Source: Methanocaldococcus indicus (GTDB taxonomy: Archaea > AGJL01 > Methanococci > Methanococcales > Methanocaldococcaceae). Taken from it: 64,000 nt of DNA. The translations under genes and the position numbers were made by a program. The DNA is taken from the NCBI RefSeq assembly GCF_049554935.1, contig NZ_CP186926.1:960001-1024000 (forward strand), in the 5' to 3' direction. Below, one piece after another: positions 48,195 through 58,262 of this stretch. How positions within the stretch are numbered: position 1 is the stretch's first letter; every line of letters starts with the position of its first letter. Below the pieces are notes generated by a model. It had not been told where the DNA came from. It did no database searches and saw nothing but the letters and a program-made list of their open reading frames with translations.

Positions 48195-49130
48195 ATGATT
48201 GAGCATGTTTTAAGGCATGGGATTGAGTTGGCTTATGATATAAAGGCAGATGGAGTTATGCTATTCACAGAGACAGGAATGTCTTATGAACTTTTATTAA
48301 AATATTTAGATAATAAACCTAAAAAAAAGCTAAAACTTCCAATAATTGAGAAAATATTTAACAATTCATTTAAAATAATTGTAGCCACTTCAAATGAAAA
48401 CTTATATAAAAAAGTTTTAAAGGAATCATCAAATATTATCCCTCTATATATAAAATACTCTGAAGATACTAAACACCTTATTATATCAGCAGGAATCTTA
48501 AAAGCCTTAGAAAAAAAAATTATAAAGTCAGATAGTATTTTAGTTGCTATATTAGGAAAGCCAAAAGTTGAAGGTAGATTAGATACAATAACTGTTGTTT
48601 TTGTTAAAGAATATATTGATAATATTAAATTATATGAATTTTTCAATTTGCTTAATGAAAAACTTAAAAAAACTGTTAAAGAAGTTTTAAAGTTGGCTAT
48701 TGAATTAGGTAGAGAAGGTAGAGAAGGAAAAAAAGTAGGAACAATATTCATTATTGGTGATTCTTTAAATGTGATGTCTAAATCTAAACCTTTAATATTA
48801 AATCCTTTTGCAGGACATAAAGCATCTATATTTGATGATAATGTTAAAGGAACAGTAAAAGAACTTTCCTCAATTGATGGAGCTTTTATTATTACAGATG
48901 ATGGAAAAGTTATATCTGCTGGGAGGTTTTTAGAAAGTAAAGGAAATGTATCCATTCCACAAGGATTAGGTGCAAGACATGTAGCAGCTGCAAGTATAAC
49001 AAAAGAGACAGATGCAATAGCTATAACTGTATCTGAATCTGGGGGAGTAGTTAGAATATTTAAAGATGGTAAAATAGTTGCTGAGATAGACCCAATTGAT
49101 AGAATCTTTATCTTAGAGGATGAGGAATAG
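48195..49130 (+). CDS. dacZ: Diadenylate cyclase, DacZ type
   Basis: PK_C-like N-terminus; GREG..VGT, IDGA, GLGARH.AA, VSESGG. Confidence 0.85.
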   Translation: MIEHVLRHGIELAYDIKADGVMLFTETGMSYELLLKYLDNKPKKKLKLPIIEKIFNNSFKIIVATSNENLYKKVLKESSNIIPLYIKYSEDTKHLIISAGILKALEKKIIKSDSILVAILGKPKVEGRLDTITVVFVKEYIDNIKLYEFFNLLNEKLKKTVKEVLKLAIELGREGREGKKVGTIFIIGDSLNVMSKSKPLILNPFAGHKASIFDDNVKGTVKELSSIDGAFIITDDGKVISAGRFLESKGNVSIPQGLGARHVAAASITKETDAIAITVSESGGVVRIFKDGKIVAEIDPIDRIFILEDEE

Positions 49131-49133
49131 GTG

Positions 49134-49542
49134 ATGACTTATAATATATATTGTTCCAGATACAAACTTTTTAATCTACACTTTTAAGCACAAAATTAAC
49201 TTAGATTATGAAATAGAGAGAGCTATAAATACAAAATATAAGATTATTATTTTAGATAAAGTTAAAGATGAATTGGAGTATCTCCTAAAAAATAAAGATT
49301 TAAAAGGTAAAGAAAAATTAGCTATAAAGTTAGCATTAAATAAAATTAAAAACTATGAATTAGTAGAGACAGATATTGATGGAGAGGCTGATATAGCAAT
49401 ATTGGAATTTGCTAAAAAACATAAGGATAGAGTTATTGTTGCAACAAATGATAAAGAACTAAAAAATAAACTTTTGGAAGAGAATATACCTATAATGGTG
49501 GTTAGACAAAAAAAATATTTTGAAGTTTTTGGTATGGTATAA
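49134..49542 (+). CDS. PIN-domain protein (Fcf1/Utp24-like), start region irregular
   Basis: IVPDTNFL from 49150 in frame with EADIAI..VATNDKELK; ATG 49134 is out of frame. Confidence 0.75.
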
Positions 49543-49622
49543 AAGTATGATAGTAAAAACTTATATTTAAAATAATAAGGTTTTTATTTTATTCTTAACA
49601 TTGAAAATCAAAAGGTGAGAGC

Positions 49623-50621
49623 TTGCATAAAATTTGTGTTATTGAAGGAGATGGTATTGGTAAAGAGGTAGTTCCTGCTGCTATTAGGGTTTTAGAAGCT
49701 ACTGGAATACCTTTTGAGTTTGTATATGCAGAGGCAGGGGATGAAGTTTATGAAAAATTAGGTGTAGCTCTTCCAGAGGAGACAATTGAGACAGCATTAG
49801 AATGTGAAGCTGTATTATTTGGAGCTGCTGGAGAGACAGCTGCTGATGTCATTGTTAAGTTAAGACACATTTTAGATACTTATGCAAATGTTAGACCAGT
49901 TAAAGCTTATAAAGGAGTTAAATGTCTAAGAGAGGACATTGATTATATAATAGTTAGAGAAAATACAGAAGGACTATATAAGGGAATAGAGGCAGAGATT
50001 GATGAAGGAATAACAACAGCAACAAGAGTTATAACTGAAAAAGCATCTGAGAGAATATTTAAATTTGCATATGAATTGGCAAAAGATAGAAAAAAAGAAG
50101 GTAAAGAAGGAAAAGTAACCTGTGCTCATAAAGCTAATGTTCTAAAAATAACTGATGGGTTATTTAAGAGAGTATTTTATAAAGTAGCTGAAAACTATAA
50201 AGATATAAAAGCTGAAGATGTCTATATTGATGCTATGAACATGTATATAATAACAAGACCTCAAACATTTGATGTTGTTGTTACATCTAATTTATTTGGA
50301 GATATTCTTTCTGATGGAGCTGCTGGGACTGTTGGAGGTTTAGGTTTAGCTCCTTCTGCAAATATTGGTGATGAGCATGGTTTATTTGAACCAGTTCATG
50401 GTTCTGCTCCTGATATAGCTGGAAAAGGAATTGCTAATCCAACAGCTACTATTTTATCAGCAGTCTTAATGTTAAGATATTTAGGAGAGTATGAAGCAGC
50501 TAACAAAATAGAAAAAGCTTTAGAAGAAGTTTTATCCTTAGGACTAACAACTCCTGATTTAGGTGGTAATTTAACTACTATGCAAATGGCTGAAGAAATA
50601 GCTAAAAGAGTTGAATTATAA
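49623..50621 (+). CDS. leuB: 3-isopropylmalate dehydrogenase family
   Basis: GDGIG.EV, RENTEG, NLFGDILSD, EPVHGSAPDI. Confidence 0.8.
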   Translation: MHKICVIEGDGIGKEVVPAAIRVLEATGIPFEFVYAEAGDEVYEKLGVALPEETIETALECEAVLFGAAGETAADVIVKLRHILDTYANVRPVKAYKGVKCLREDIDYIIVRENTEGLYKGIEAEIDEGITTATRVITEKASERIFKFAYELAKDRKKEGKEGKVTCAHKANVLKITDGLFKRVFYKVAENYKDIKAEDVYIDAMNMYIITRPQTFDVVVTSNLFGDILSDGAAGTVGGLGLAPSANIGDEHGLFEPVHGSAPDIAGKGIANPTATILSAVLMLRYLGEYEAANKIEKALEEVLSLGLTTPDLGGNLTTMQMAEEIAKRVEL

Positions 50622-51266
50622 AAATCCACTCTTTTTTAACATATCTTTATCTCTTTCTATATAGATATGCATAGAAACAGCATGATGAAGATAACTTTTA
50701 AATTTAGTATTTGTTTTTTTAGCTACTAAATGTCCCAACTCTATTAAACCCAAAGCATTTGCTGGAAATGCTAAAAAAGCATCATTACTCCTAAAAAGGA
50801 CTGTCATATATAGATTATTATTCCTAATTAAAAATTGTATATACTGTAAACAGGGAACAGAACCTCTTTCATCTTTACTAACTTCAATGTCTATTTTTGG
50901 ATTCCATGTTATTGCTAAAGCTCTTCTACTATTTTTTTGTTGATTCAATTTATTAATTATATATTCTATCTGGTTAATTTCTTCATCTTTGTAAGGATAT
51001 TTAAATAATCTTTGATGGTAGTCATAACTAAATTCATTTTTTGAGCCATAGAGTAGATGATTAATATAGTCATCAACTGCTTTCTTACCTAATGGATATT
51101 TTTCAGGAACTTTCTTTAAGTTTGGATTTGTTATCTCTATTATTGTATTTCTTATTTCTTTTGTAGGCTCTCCAAATTCTGTCTCAACATCATCTCCTTC
51201 ATTTAGTATTTTGTATATAAGTTCATCAAAAACTGAATAAACAGATGGCTTTTTTATATATAGCAA
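50616..51266 (-). CDS. Archaeal thymidylate synthase-like protein
   Basis: SRRA..WNP, PCL, FRSND..FPAN, SMHIY. Confidence 0.85.
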   Translation of the reverse strand: MLYIKKPSVYSVFDELIYKILNEGDDVETEFGEPTKEIRNTIIEITNPNLKKVPEKYPLGKKAVDDYINHLLYGSKNEFSYDYHQRLFKYPYKDEEINQIEYIINKLNQQKNSRRALAITWNPKIDIEVSKDERGSVPCLQYIQFLIRNNNLYMTVLFRSNDAFLAFPANALGLIELGHLVAKKTNTKFKSYLHHAVSMHIYIERDKDMLKKSGFL

Positions 51267-51277
51267 AACATCACCAT

Positions 51278-52351
51278 TTAATTTTTATTTAGTTGTTTAT
51301 ATTTTTTAAATTTGTCCCAATCTAATTTTGGATTTAAATTTAGTTCTAATATTCTATCAACTACATCATCTAAATTGGCAGTTTTTGGATTACCCACACC
51401 TTTTACAACTCTTGGATAATTTTTAGGAATAACTGTTGCTATATTACTGCATCCTGCAAATAAAGAGAACTGAATTAACTCTGGATGAATAGTTGGAGAT
51501 GGTGAAGTTATTCTTATATTTGGAAAGAGTAATCTTGTGATAGCAATAGTTTTTGCTTGCTCTAATGAAGAACATCTTTTAACATTTTCCATAGGAGTGC
51601 CTTTATATGGATTAAATCCCATTATTGGTATTTCATCAACATCTAACTCCTTTAAAAAGAACAGATGATTTACTCTATCTTCATAACTTTCTCCGACCCC
51701 CAACAACAATCCAGAAGATAACTCTATTCCATACTTTTTAACTAACTTACATACTCTTATTCTATCCTCTAATTCTTCTCCTGGTTTTATCTCTTTAAAA
51801 AGTTTTTCATTTATAGTTTCTAAGTTACAGCATATGGTATCTACATTATACTTTTTTAGTTCTTTTATAGCTTCTTCATCTAAATCAGCACCTGCATTAA
51901 CTAAAACTTCTAAATTTGTATGTTTTTTAACAATTTTCAAAGCTCTTATTACTTCTTTCCCCCTATATCCATGAGCTGATGAACAACTAACTCTTTTTAT
52001 TCCACTCTTTTCAATTGCTAATGCACATTTCTTAATCTCTTCATCAGACAATCTAAAACTTTCATAATAACCTTCCTTAGATGTTCCAGCAGCAAATCCA
52101 CAGTATTTACATTTAGGATTTATATGACAAATATTTGTAATGTGGATTGTTGAAGTTATCTCTATATATTTTTTAAAATAATCTCTAACTTCAGAGGATA
52201 TTGAGAACAGCTTTAAATAATCTCTCCAATTATTAATATTAAAAAGTTTTAAAGCCTCTTCTTCATCAATTAATCCAGTTTTTAGATAATAAGGGTTTTC
52301 TTTACATTCTTCAAATCTTTCAACAATTGCTAATAAGTCCATAATAACCAC
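51278..52351 (-). CDS. hcgA: HcgA (HmdB) radical SAM enzyme, FeGP cofactor synthesis
   Basis: BioB-like with the atypical CX5CX2C motif CHINPKCKYC. Confidence 0.85.
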   Translation of the reverse strand: MVIMDLLAIVERFEECKENPYYLKTGLIDEEEALKLFNINNWRDYLKLFSISSEVRDYFKKYIEITSTIHITNICHINPKCKYCGFAAGTSKEGYYESFRLSDEEIKKCALAIEKSGIKRVSCSSAHGYRGKEVIRALKIVKKHTNLEVLVNAGADLDEEAIKELKKYNVDTICCNLETINEKLFKEIKPGEELEDRIRVCKLVKKYGIELSSGLLLGVGESYEDRVNHLFFLKELDVDEIPIMGFNPYKGTPMENVKRCSSLEQAKTIAITRLLFPNIRITSPSPTIHPELIQFSLFAGCSNIATVIPKNYPRVVKGVGNPKTANLDDVVDRILELNLNPKLDWDKFKKYKQLNKN

Positions 52352-52463
52352 ATAATTATTAATTTTCTAAATATAGGGAATATTAAGTATATACTTAACA
52401 AAAAATTATATACTTTATCAAATTTATATACTGTATAAAAAAAGAGATAATATGGGATAATTT

Positions 52464-53186
52464 ATGAATATTTTAGAAACAAAAAATTTAAAAGTTATTA
52501 GAGGAGGAAAAGAAATATTAAAAAATGTAAATCTTAATGTAAAAGAAAATGAAATTCATGCAATTGTTGGACCAAATGGAGCTGGAAAATCAACATTAGC
52601 ATATACTCTAATGGGTGTATCAGGCTATACTCCAAGTGGTGGGGAAATTATCTTTAAAGGAGAAGTAATAAATAACTTCCCAATTTATGAAAGAGCAAGG
52701 AAGGGATTAACATTAGCTTGGCAAGAACCTGCAAGATTTGAAGGTATTAGAGTTAAGACATATTTAAAATTAGGAATGAAGGAGAAAAATCCTGACAAAG
52801 CTAATGACAAAATAATTAAAGCATTAAGGTTAGTTAATTTAGACCCAGATAAGTATTTAAATAGATATGTTGATGAAACATTAAGTGGTGGAGAAAGAAA
52901 GAGGATAGAGTTGGCATCAATTATATGTATGGAGCCAGATTTAGCAATATTAGATGAGCCAGATAGTGGAATTGATATAGTTTCCTTTGATGAAATTAAG
53001 AGAGTTTTTGATTATTTAAAAGAGAATGGAACTTCTTTATTGGTTATTACTCATAGAGAAGAATTAGCTGAGCATGCAGATAGAGCTTCTCTATTATGTA
53101 ATGGAGAAATTATAAAAACTGGAAATCCAAAAGAAGTAGGAAAATTCTACAAAGAAAGATGTGGAAAGTGCTATAAATTGGGATAA
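52464..53186 (+). CDS. sufC: SufC-like ABC ATPase
   Basis: GPNGAGKS, LSGGERKR, DEPDSG, C-terminal CxxC. Confidence 0.85.
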   Translation: MNILETKNLKVIRGGKEILKNVNLNVKENEIHAIVGPNGAGKSTLAYTLMGVSGYTPSGGEIIFKGEVINNFPIYERARKGLTLAWQEPARFEGIRVKTYLKLGMKEKNPDKANDKIIKALRLVNLDPDKYLNRYVDETLSGGERKRIELASIICMEPDLAILDEPDSGIDIVSFDEIKRVFDYLKENGTSLLVITHREELAEHADRASLLCNGEIIKTGNPKEVGKFYKERCGKCYKLG

Positions 53187-53187
53187 T

Positions 53188-54138
53188 ATGAGTGTTAAAG
53201 AAGAAATATTAGAAATATTAGAAGCATTAAAATACACATCTGAAAAACCAGAAAAAATTGTTCATGGAAAAGGACCAAGGATTATAGTTAAAGAATGTAA
53301 AATAGTAGATGTTAAAGATGCAGAAGGTTTAATAATTGAAGGAAAAACAGAAGGTAACAAAATATATGCTAAAATAACTGTAAAAGAAGGTTATAAGTTT
53401 AAAGAACCAATACATATGTGTTTTGGAGTAACTCAGAAAGATGTTATTCAAGAGATTCATACAGATATAATTTTAGAGGATAATTCTGAGATTACTCTAA
53501 TGTCTCATTGCTCATTTTTAAAGGGAAATGTAAAACATATTATGTATGGGAATATAAAAATTGGTAAAAATGCTAAATTTAGTTACAAAGAAGTGCATTA
53601 TCATGGAAAAGAAGGAGATATATTAGTTAAACCAAATGTAAAAGTTGTTGTAGATGAAGGGGGAATATATATATCTGAATTTAATCTTACAAAGGGTAGA
53701 GTTGGAAAATTAGAAATATTCCAAGAGATTGATGCAAAATCTAACTCAATAGTAGATATAATGACAAAAACATATGCTATTGAAGATGACATTATAAATA
53801 TTGATGAGATTGTTAAACTAAATGGTAAAGAAGCTAAGGCAATGTTAAGAAGTAAAGGAGCTGCAAAAGATAATGCCAAATTAACATTAAAATTAAAAAT
53901 AGAAGGTAATGCTGAATATTGTAAAGGACATATTGACTGTACAGAGATTATAAAAGGAAATGCAAGAGTAGAATCTATACCAATAGTTGTAGTTAATAAT
54001 GAGAAGGCAAGAATAACACATGAGGCAGCTATTGGTAGTGTAGATAAAAAACAATTAGAGACTTTAATGGCAAAAGGTTTAGATGAAGAAGAAGCAACAG
54101 AACTTATTGTAAAAGGGTTATTAGGAGAGGATTTATAA
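53188..54138 (+). CDS. sufB: SufB/D-like Fe-S scaffold
   Basis: GHIDCTE, THEAAIG; follows sufC. Confidence 0.85.
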   Translation: MSVKEEILEILEALKYTSEKPEKIVHGKGPRIIVKECKIVDVKDAEGLIIEGKTEGNKIYAKITVKEGYKFKEPIHMCFGVTQKDVIQEIHTDIILEDNSEITLMSHCSFLKGNVKHIMYGNIKIGKNAKFSYKEVHYHGKEGDILVKPNVKVVVDEGGIYISEFNLTKGRVGKLEIFQEIDAKSNSIVDIMTKTYAIEDDIINIDEIVKLNGKEAKAMLRSKGAAKDNAKLTLKLKIEGNAEYCKGHIDCTEIIKGNARVESIPIVVVNNEKARITHEAAIGSVDKKQLETLMAKGLDEEEATELIVKGLLGEDL

Positions 54139-54348
54139 AGCTTTTACATTGACTTCTCTCAAACAACTAATAACTTTGTCAATTTTTTCAGTTAATTCTA
54201 ATGCTCTTTTATAATCTTCTTCATTTGCAACATATTTTAACTCTTTTATTGTTTTTACATTATATTTTTTAAATAATTTATTTAGCTCATTCTCAAGCTC
54301 TCTCAATTCTTCTTCAAAAACTTTTTTCATAATTTTCTCAACTTTCAT
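54133..54348 (-). CDS. Small hypothetical protein
   Basis: Overlaps the trpD stop; helical. Confidence 0.65.
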   Translation of the reverse strand: MKVEKIMKKVFEEELRELENELNKLFKKYNVKTIKELKYVANEEDYKRALELTEKIDKVISCLREVNVKAL

Positions 54349-55336
54349 AAAACTCCCTTAATTCATACAATTTTTTTAATGCCTTTCCAGAGTCTATTGA
54401 TTTCTCAGAAAGTTTTATTCCTTCATCTATATTCTTAGCTACTCCTGAAATATATAAAGCATAAGCTGCATTTAAAATAACTATATCTCTTTTAGCTCCT
54501 GTTTCCTCACCATTTAATATATCTAAAATTATTTTAGCATTCTCTTTTTTATTCCCTCCTTTCAATTCTGATATATCAACTTTTTTAAATCCAAAATCTT
54601 CTGGCTCTATACTATAAATATTTACTTCTCCATCTTTTAGCTCAGCTATTTTTGTTTTTCCTGTTAATGTTATCTCATCCATTCCAGAGCCATGAACAAC
54701 AAGAGCTCCATCTAAACCAAGATTTTTTAATACATATATTAACTTATCTACTAAATTTTCACTATAAACTCCTAAAAGCTGATAGTTTGCATTAGCTGGG
54801 TTAGTTAATGGACCAAGTATATTAAAGACTGTTCTAATTTTTAAATCTCTTCTAATAGGAGCTACATATTTCATAGCTTTGTGGTAAATAGGGGCAAAGA
54901 GAAAGCCTATATTTATCTTTTCAATACTTTCCTTAACCCTTTCAGGTGGAACATTTAAATTTATCCCTAACTCTTCTAAAACATCAGCACTACCACTTTT
55001 ACTACTAACTGCTCTATTCCCATGTTTAGCAACAGCTATATATGGAGAAATAACAAATGTAACTGTTGTGCTTATATTAAATGTATTTAACTTATCTCCA
55101 CCAGTCCCACAGACATCAATAAGTTTATCTACATTAGGGTAAATTTTTATAGCTTTTTCTCTCATAACTTCTGCAAAAGCTGTTATTTCATCTATGGTTT
55201 CTCCTTTCATTCTTAGAGCTGTTAATATAGCAGCTATCTCAGTATCTTTCAGCTTTCCAGACATTATATTATTCATTAAATTTTTAGCTTCTTCAATATT
55301 CAAATCTTTAAAATTAACTAATTTCTCTAATATCAT
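54338..55336 (-). CDS. trpD: Anthranilate phosphoribosyltransferase
   Basis: [27 protein letters not shown]. Confidence 0.96.
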   Translation of the reverse strand: MILEKLVNFKDLNIEEAKNLMNNIMSGKLKDTEIAAILTALRMKGETIDEITAFAEVMREKAIKIYPNVDKLIDVCGTGGDKLNTFNISTTVTFVISPYIAVAKHGNRAVSSKSGSADVLEELGINLNVPPERVKESIEKINIGFLFAPIYHKAMKYVAPIRRDLKIRTVFNILGPLTNPANANYQLLGVYSENLVDKLIYVLKNLGLDGALVVHGSGMDEITLTGKTKIAELKDGEVNIYSIEPEDFGFKKVDISELKGGNKKENAKIILDILNGEETGAKRDIVILNAAYALYISGVAKNIDEGIKLSEKSIDSGKALKKLYELREFYES

Positions 55337-55398
55337 CTTATCATGCCCCTAATAGAACATTATAAAAAACAGTAATTAATATAATTTAGTAATAAAAA

Positions 55399-55522
55399 TA
55401 ATGTCCCTACCCTTGGAAAACCTATAAACTTCATCGTTAGCATTACGCCAACTCAGCCAGGCCGCCTTGTGGGTAGGGTTTATAAAAAGGGTGGGTTCAT
55501 TCCTAACATAGGTTACCCACCC
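55399..55522 (-). ncRNA. Probable H/ACA guide RNA
   Basis: ccctaccc/gggtaggg basal stem followed by ACA; pocket acaaggcgg/ttttccaa; K-turn ctga/gatga; 5' hairpin gggtgggt/acccaccc. Confidence 0.7.
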
Positions 55523-55583
55523 AAAAAAACATAATAGATATTTATATTATAAATGAAGTAAAATATATATTTTGTGGTAGAAA

Positions 55584-57011
55584 ATGGATGCCAGTAATTT
55601 AATAAAAATAGCTAATGAATTTTTAGACAATATAAAAATAATGGATAAATTAAAAAATATTGGAAATCTTAAAGATGAAGATTTAAATATATTAATTAAT
55701 GAACTTATGGAGAATATAAACTTTTTACAAGATTTAAAAAATAAGATGGAATTTTTAGAATTTGATGCTCCATATAAAAATGTTGGTAAATTAAAAGGCA
55801 CTTTAATAGATTTGCAAGATATTGCCGAATATTCATCATATATAAGGAGAATAGCAACAGAAAAAAAAGGAGTTTTAGATAGAGTAAAGTATAGTTTAGC
55901 AGCACATAAATTGGCATTAGGGCATTTAGTAGAAGATATTGGAAATAAAGATATTGTTCCACACTTACCATTAGATGGAGCTTATAAAAAGATGCTTACT
56001 GAATTACCAAAAAATTTAATAAACACATATAAAGAAATTTTAAGTCTTCTAAATCCTGATAAAAAGGTTTTTTCCTCTTATACTGTAACTTTTTTAACAT
56101 TTAAAGGAGGAAAAAAAGAATTAAAAAAAGAAAAAGTTAGTGACAAAAATTTTGAAGAATATTTAAGAGAAAAATATGGAAATGTTATTATTACATCATT
56201 CAAAAAGAACTATATTAAGAAGAAGTTAATAGATGACCAATATGTTAGAAAAACTTTAACTGTCTCTTATTTAAAAGCCTATGAAAATGACATATATAAA
56301 AAAATTGAAGAGAGATTAGATAAAACATTAACTAAGAGACAGAAAGAACTTCTAAAAAAATATTTAGATATATCTTCAAAATACAATAATAATGTTGATT
56401 TTTATGGAGGTATTGTTGATGTTAGAAATTTGGAAGAGAAGATTTTAAAAGAGATGGAACTTAAAGAAATTTTAGAAAATGAAGGTCTATATTATAGAGG
56501 ACAACCAATAGATGAGTTGAGAATAGCTTTAGAGATAAAAGATAGGATATCAAAAGAAGTAAGTAGGAACTTTATAATAGAAAAGCTTTCAGAGGATTTA
56601 TTTAAATTCTATTTATACAAAACTCCTGATGAAAGAACAAGGAGTTATATGTTTCCTTCAATAGTTGTAACTCCTGAAAAAGAAGTTTTAACTTGGATGA
56701 AAGTAGATAATATAAATGTTCCAGAAGTTTTAGATATTAAGTTTAAGTTAGAGGATATACTTCCAAAATATAACATTCCATTAAAAAATCTTGGTGGAGT
56801 TGCTTTATATTTAGTTCATGATTGGGATGTTGTTGAAAAATACAATTTTAATAAAGAAGAGATTGAAGAATTATTAAAAAAGATATCTCTAATAGAGCCT
56901 GTAAAAGAACTCTTAAAGAACAACAATATAGATATTAAAAAACTTGAAAAATATGGAAAAGTTAAGAAAGAAAAAACTAAAAAGTTCTTAAATTTACTAA
57001 AATCACTTTAA
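55584..57011 (+). CDS. Conserved hypothetical protein (DUF530-like)
   Basis: LDRVKYSLAAHKLALG, HLPLDG.Y, MFPSI; long clean ORF. Confidence 0.7.
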   Translation: MDASNLIKIANEFLDNIKIMDKLKNIGNLKDEDLNILINELMENINFLQDLKNKMEFLEFDAPYKNVGKLKGTLIDLQDIAEYSSYIRRIATEKKGVLDRVKYSLAAHKLALGHLVEDIGNKDIVPHLPLDGAYKKMLTELPKNLINTYKEILSLLNPDKKVFSSYTVTFLTFKGGKKELKKEKVSDKNFEEYLREKYGNVIITSFKKNYIKKKLIDDQYVRKTLTVSYLKAYENDIYKKIEERLDKTLTKRQKELLKKYLDISSKYNNNVDFYGGIVDVRNLEEKILKEMELKEILENEGLYYRGQPIDELRIALEIKDRISKEVSRNFIIEKLSEDLFKFYLYKTPDERTRSYMFPSIVVTPEKEVLTWMKVDNINVPEVLDIKFKLEDILPKYNIPLKNLGGVALYLVHDWDVVEKYNFNKEEIEELLKKISLIEPVKELLKNNNIDIKKLEKYGKVKKEKTKKFLNLLKSL

Positions 57012-57524
57012 TTCAGAGACTTTAACTAATGGAACTAACTCTATTCCCAAATTTTTTAAGTTTTCATAAGCTCCTTCTTCTCTATCCACAACTACATACA
57101 CTTTTTCTACATTAGCTCCAACAGCTTTTATTTCATTTATTGCCTTTATTACACTATTTCCTGTTGTTGTTACATCCTCAACAACTATAACTTTATCTCC
57201 TTCATTTAGTTCTCCTTCAATTTTGCTCTTAGTTCCATAATCTTTTGCCTTTTTTCTAACTATTATAAGTGGTTTCTGAGAGAGTATTGAGACAGCAGTA
57301 GCAATAGGAACAGAGCCCAACTCAATTCCTACAACTTTGACATCTTTATCTTTTATATCCTCACTAATTATCTCCCCTATCAACTTTAAAATCTCTGGAT
57401 TTGTTGTTGCTTTCTTTATATCTACATAGTAAGAACTCTTTTTCCCAGAAGATAATATAAATTCTCCAAATTTAATACACTCTACTTTTTTTAATAACTC
57501 TATTAATTTATCTTTCTTCTCCAT
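57003..57524 (-). CDS. pyrE: Orotate phosphoribosyltransferase
   Basis: FILSSGKKSSYY, RKKAKDYG, VEDVTTTG. Confidence 0.95.
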   Translation of the reverse strand: MEKKDKLIELLKKVECIKFGEFILSSGKKSSYYVDIKKATTNPEILKLIGEIISEDIKDKDVKVVGIELGSVPIATAVSILSQKPLIIVRKKAKDYGTKSKIEGELNEGDKVIVVEDVTTTGNSVIKAINEIKAVGANVEKVYVVVDREEGAYENLKNLGIELVPLVKVSELK

Positions 57525-58206
57525 TTTTATCCATCTTTATTGTTATTTTTATAGTTTTTGGATTATTGACACCTTTTAAGGATGTTATTAATCCTAAAAT
57601 TGTATTTGTAACTATTTTTGATACAAATGGAACTGTTGGAATAATTTTGTCATCAACCACAATCCTTATATTATTTGATAATACACAGTCATTCCATTTA
57701 ACTTCATTTTTTGCAAGTGCTTTTACAAATCTATAACAGTTGTATCCACAATGCCCACAGTTTAAGTTCATTGTTGGAATAATTGCTTTCTCTTCAATAA
57801 TTTTTAAAACTTCATTGATATCATAGTTGTAATCTTCAATTACATAAACAGTATGGTCATCTATAAGTTCATTCCCCTCTTTATTTATTAACATAACTAT
57901 TTTTGGAATATTTAGTTTTGTTAGTTCTTCTTTAAATCCTTCTATCAAAACAAAATCTAAATTGTAATTTAGTAAAAGAGATAATATATTTTCCAATTTT
58001 TTAGGTTTTGTGAATATTGTTGTTTTTTCATCGCTTGATAAAATAGTTACTTCTGCCCCTGAATTAAAAAATCTTTGGGTATCTCCCTTATCCTCTACAT
58101 GAGAATGCTTTACAACTCCTATTTTATAATTTGAATTTTTTAATATATTTTCTATTAGTGTTGTTTTTCCACTGTTTTTATATCCAATTATTCCAATAAC
58201 TCTCAT
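57508..58206 (-). CDS. mobB: MobB molybdopterin-guanine dinucleotide biosynthesis protein with FeS domain
   Basis: GYKNSGKTT, VKH, LIEGFK, NCGHCGYNC. Confidence 0.88.
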   Translation of the reverse strand: MRVIGIIGYKNSGKTTLIENILKNSNYKIGVVKHSHVEDKGDTQRFFNSGAEVTILSSDEKTTIFTKPKKLENILSLLLNYNLDFVLIEGFKEELTKLNIPKIVMLINKEGNELIDDHTVYVIEDYNYDINEVLKIIEEKAIIPTMNLNCGHCGYNCYRFVKALAKNEVKWNDCVLSNNIRIVVDDKIIPTVPFVSKIVTNTILGLITSLKGVNNPKTIKITIKMDKNGEER

Positions 58207-58262
58207 TTAATTCACCAAAAAAGATAAAAAATTATAATAGAATAAGATTAAAAATTTAATAT

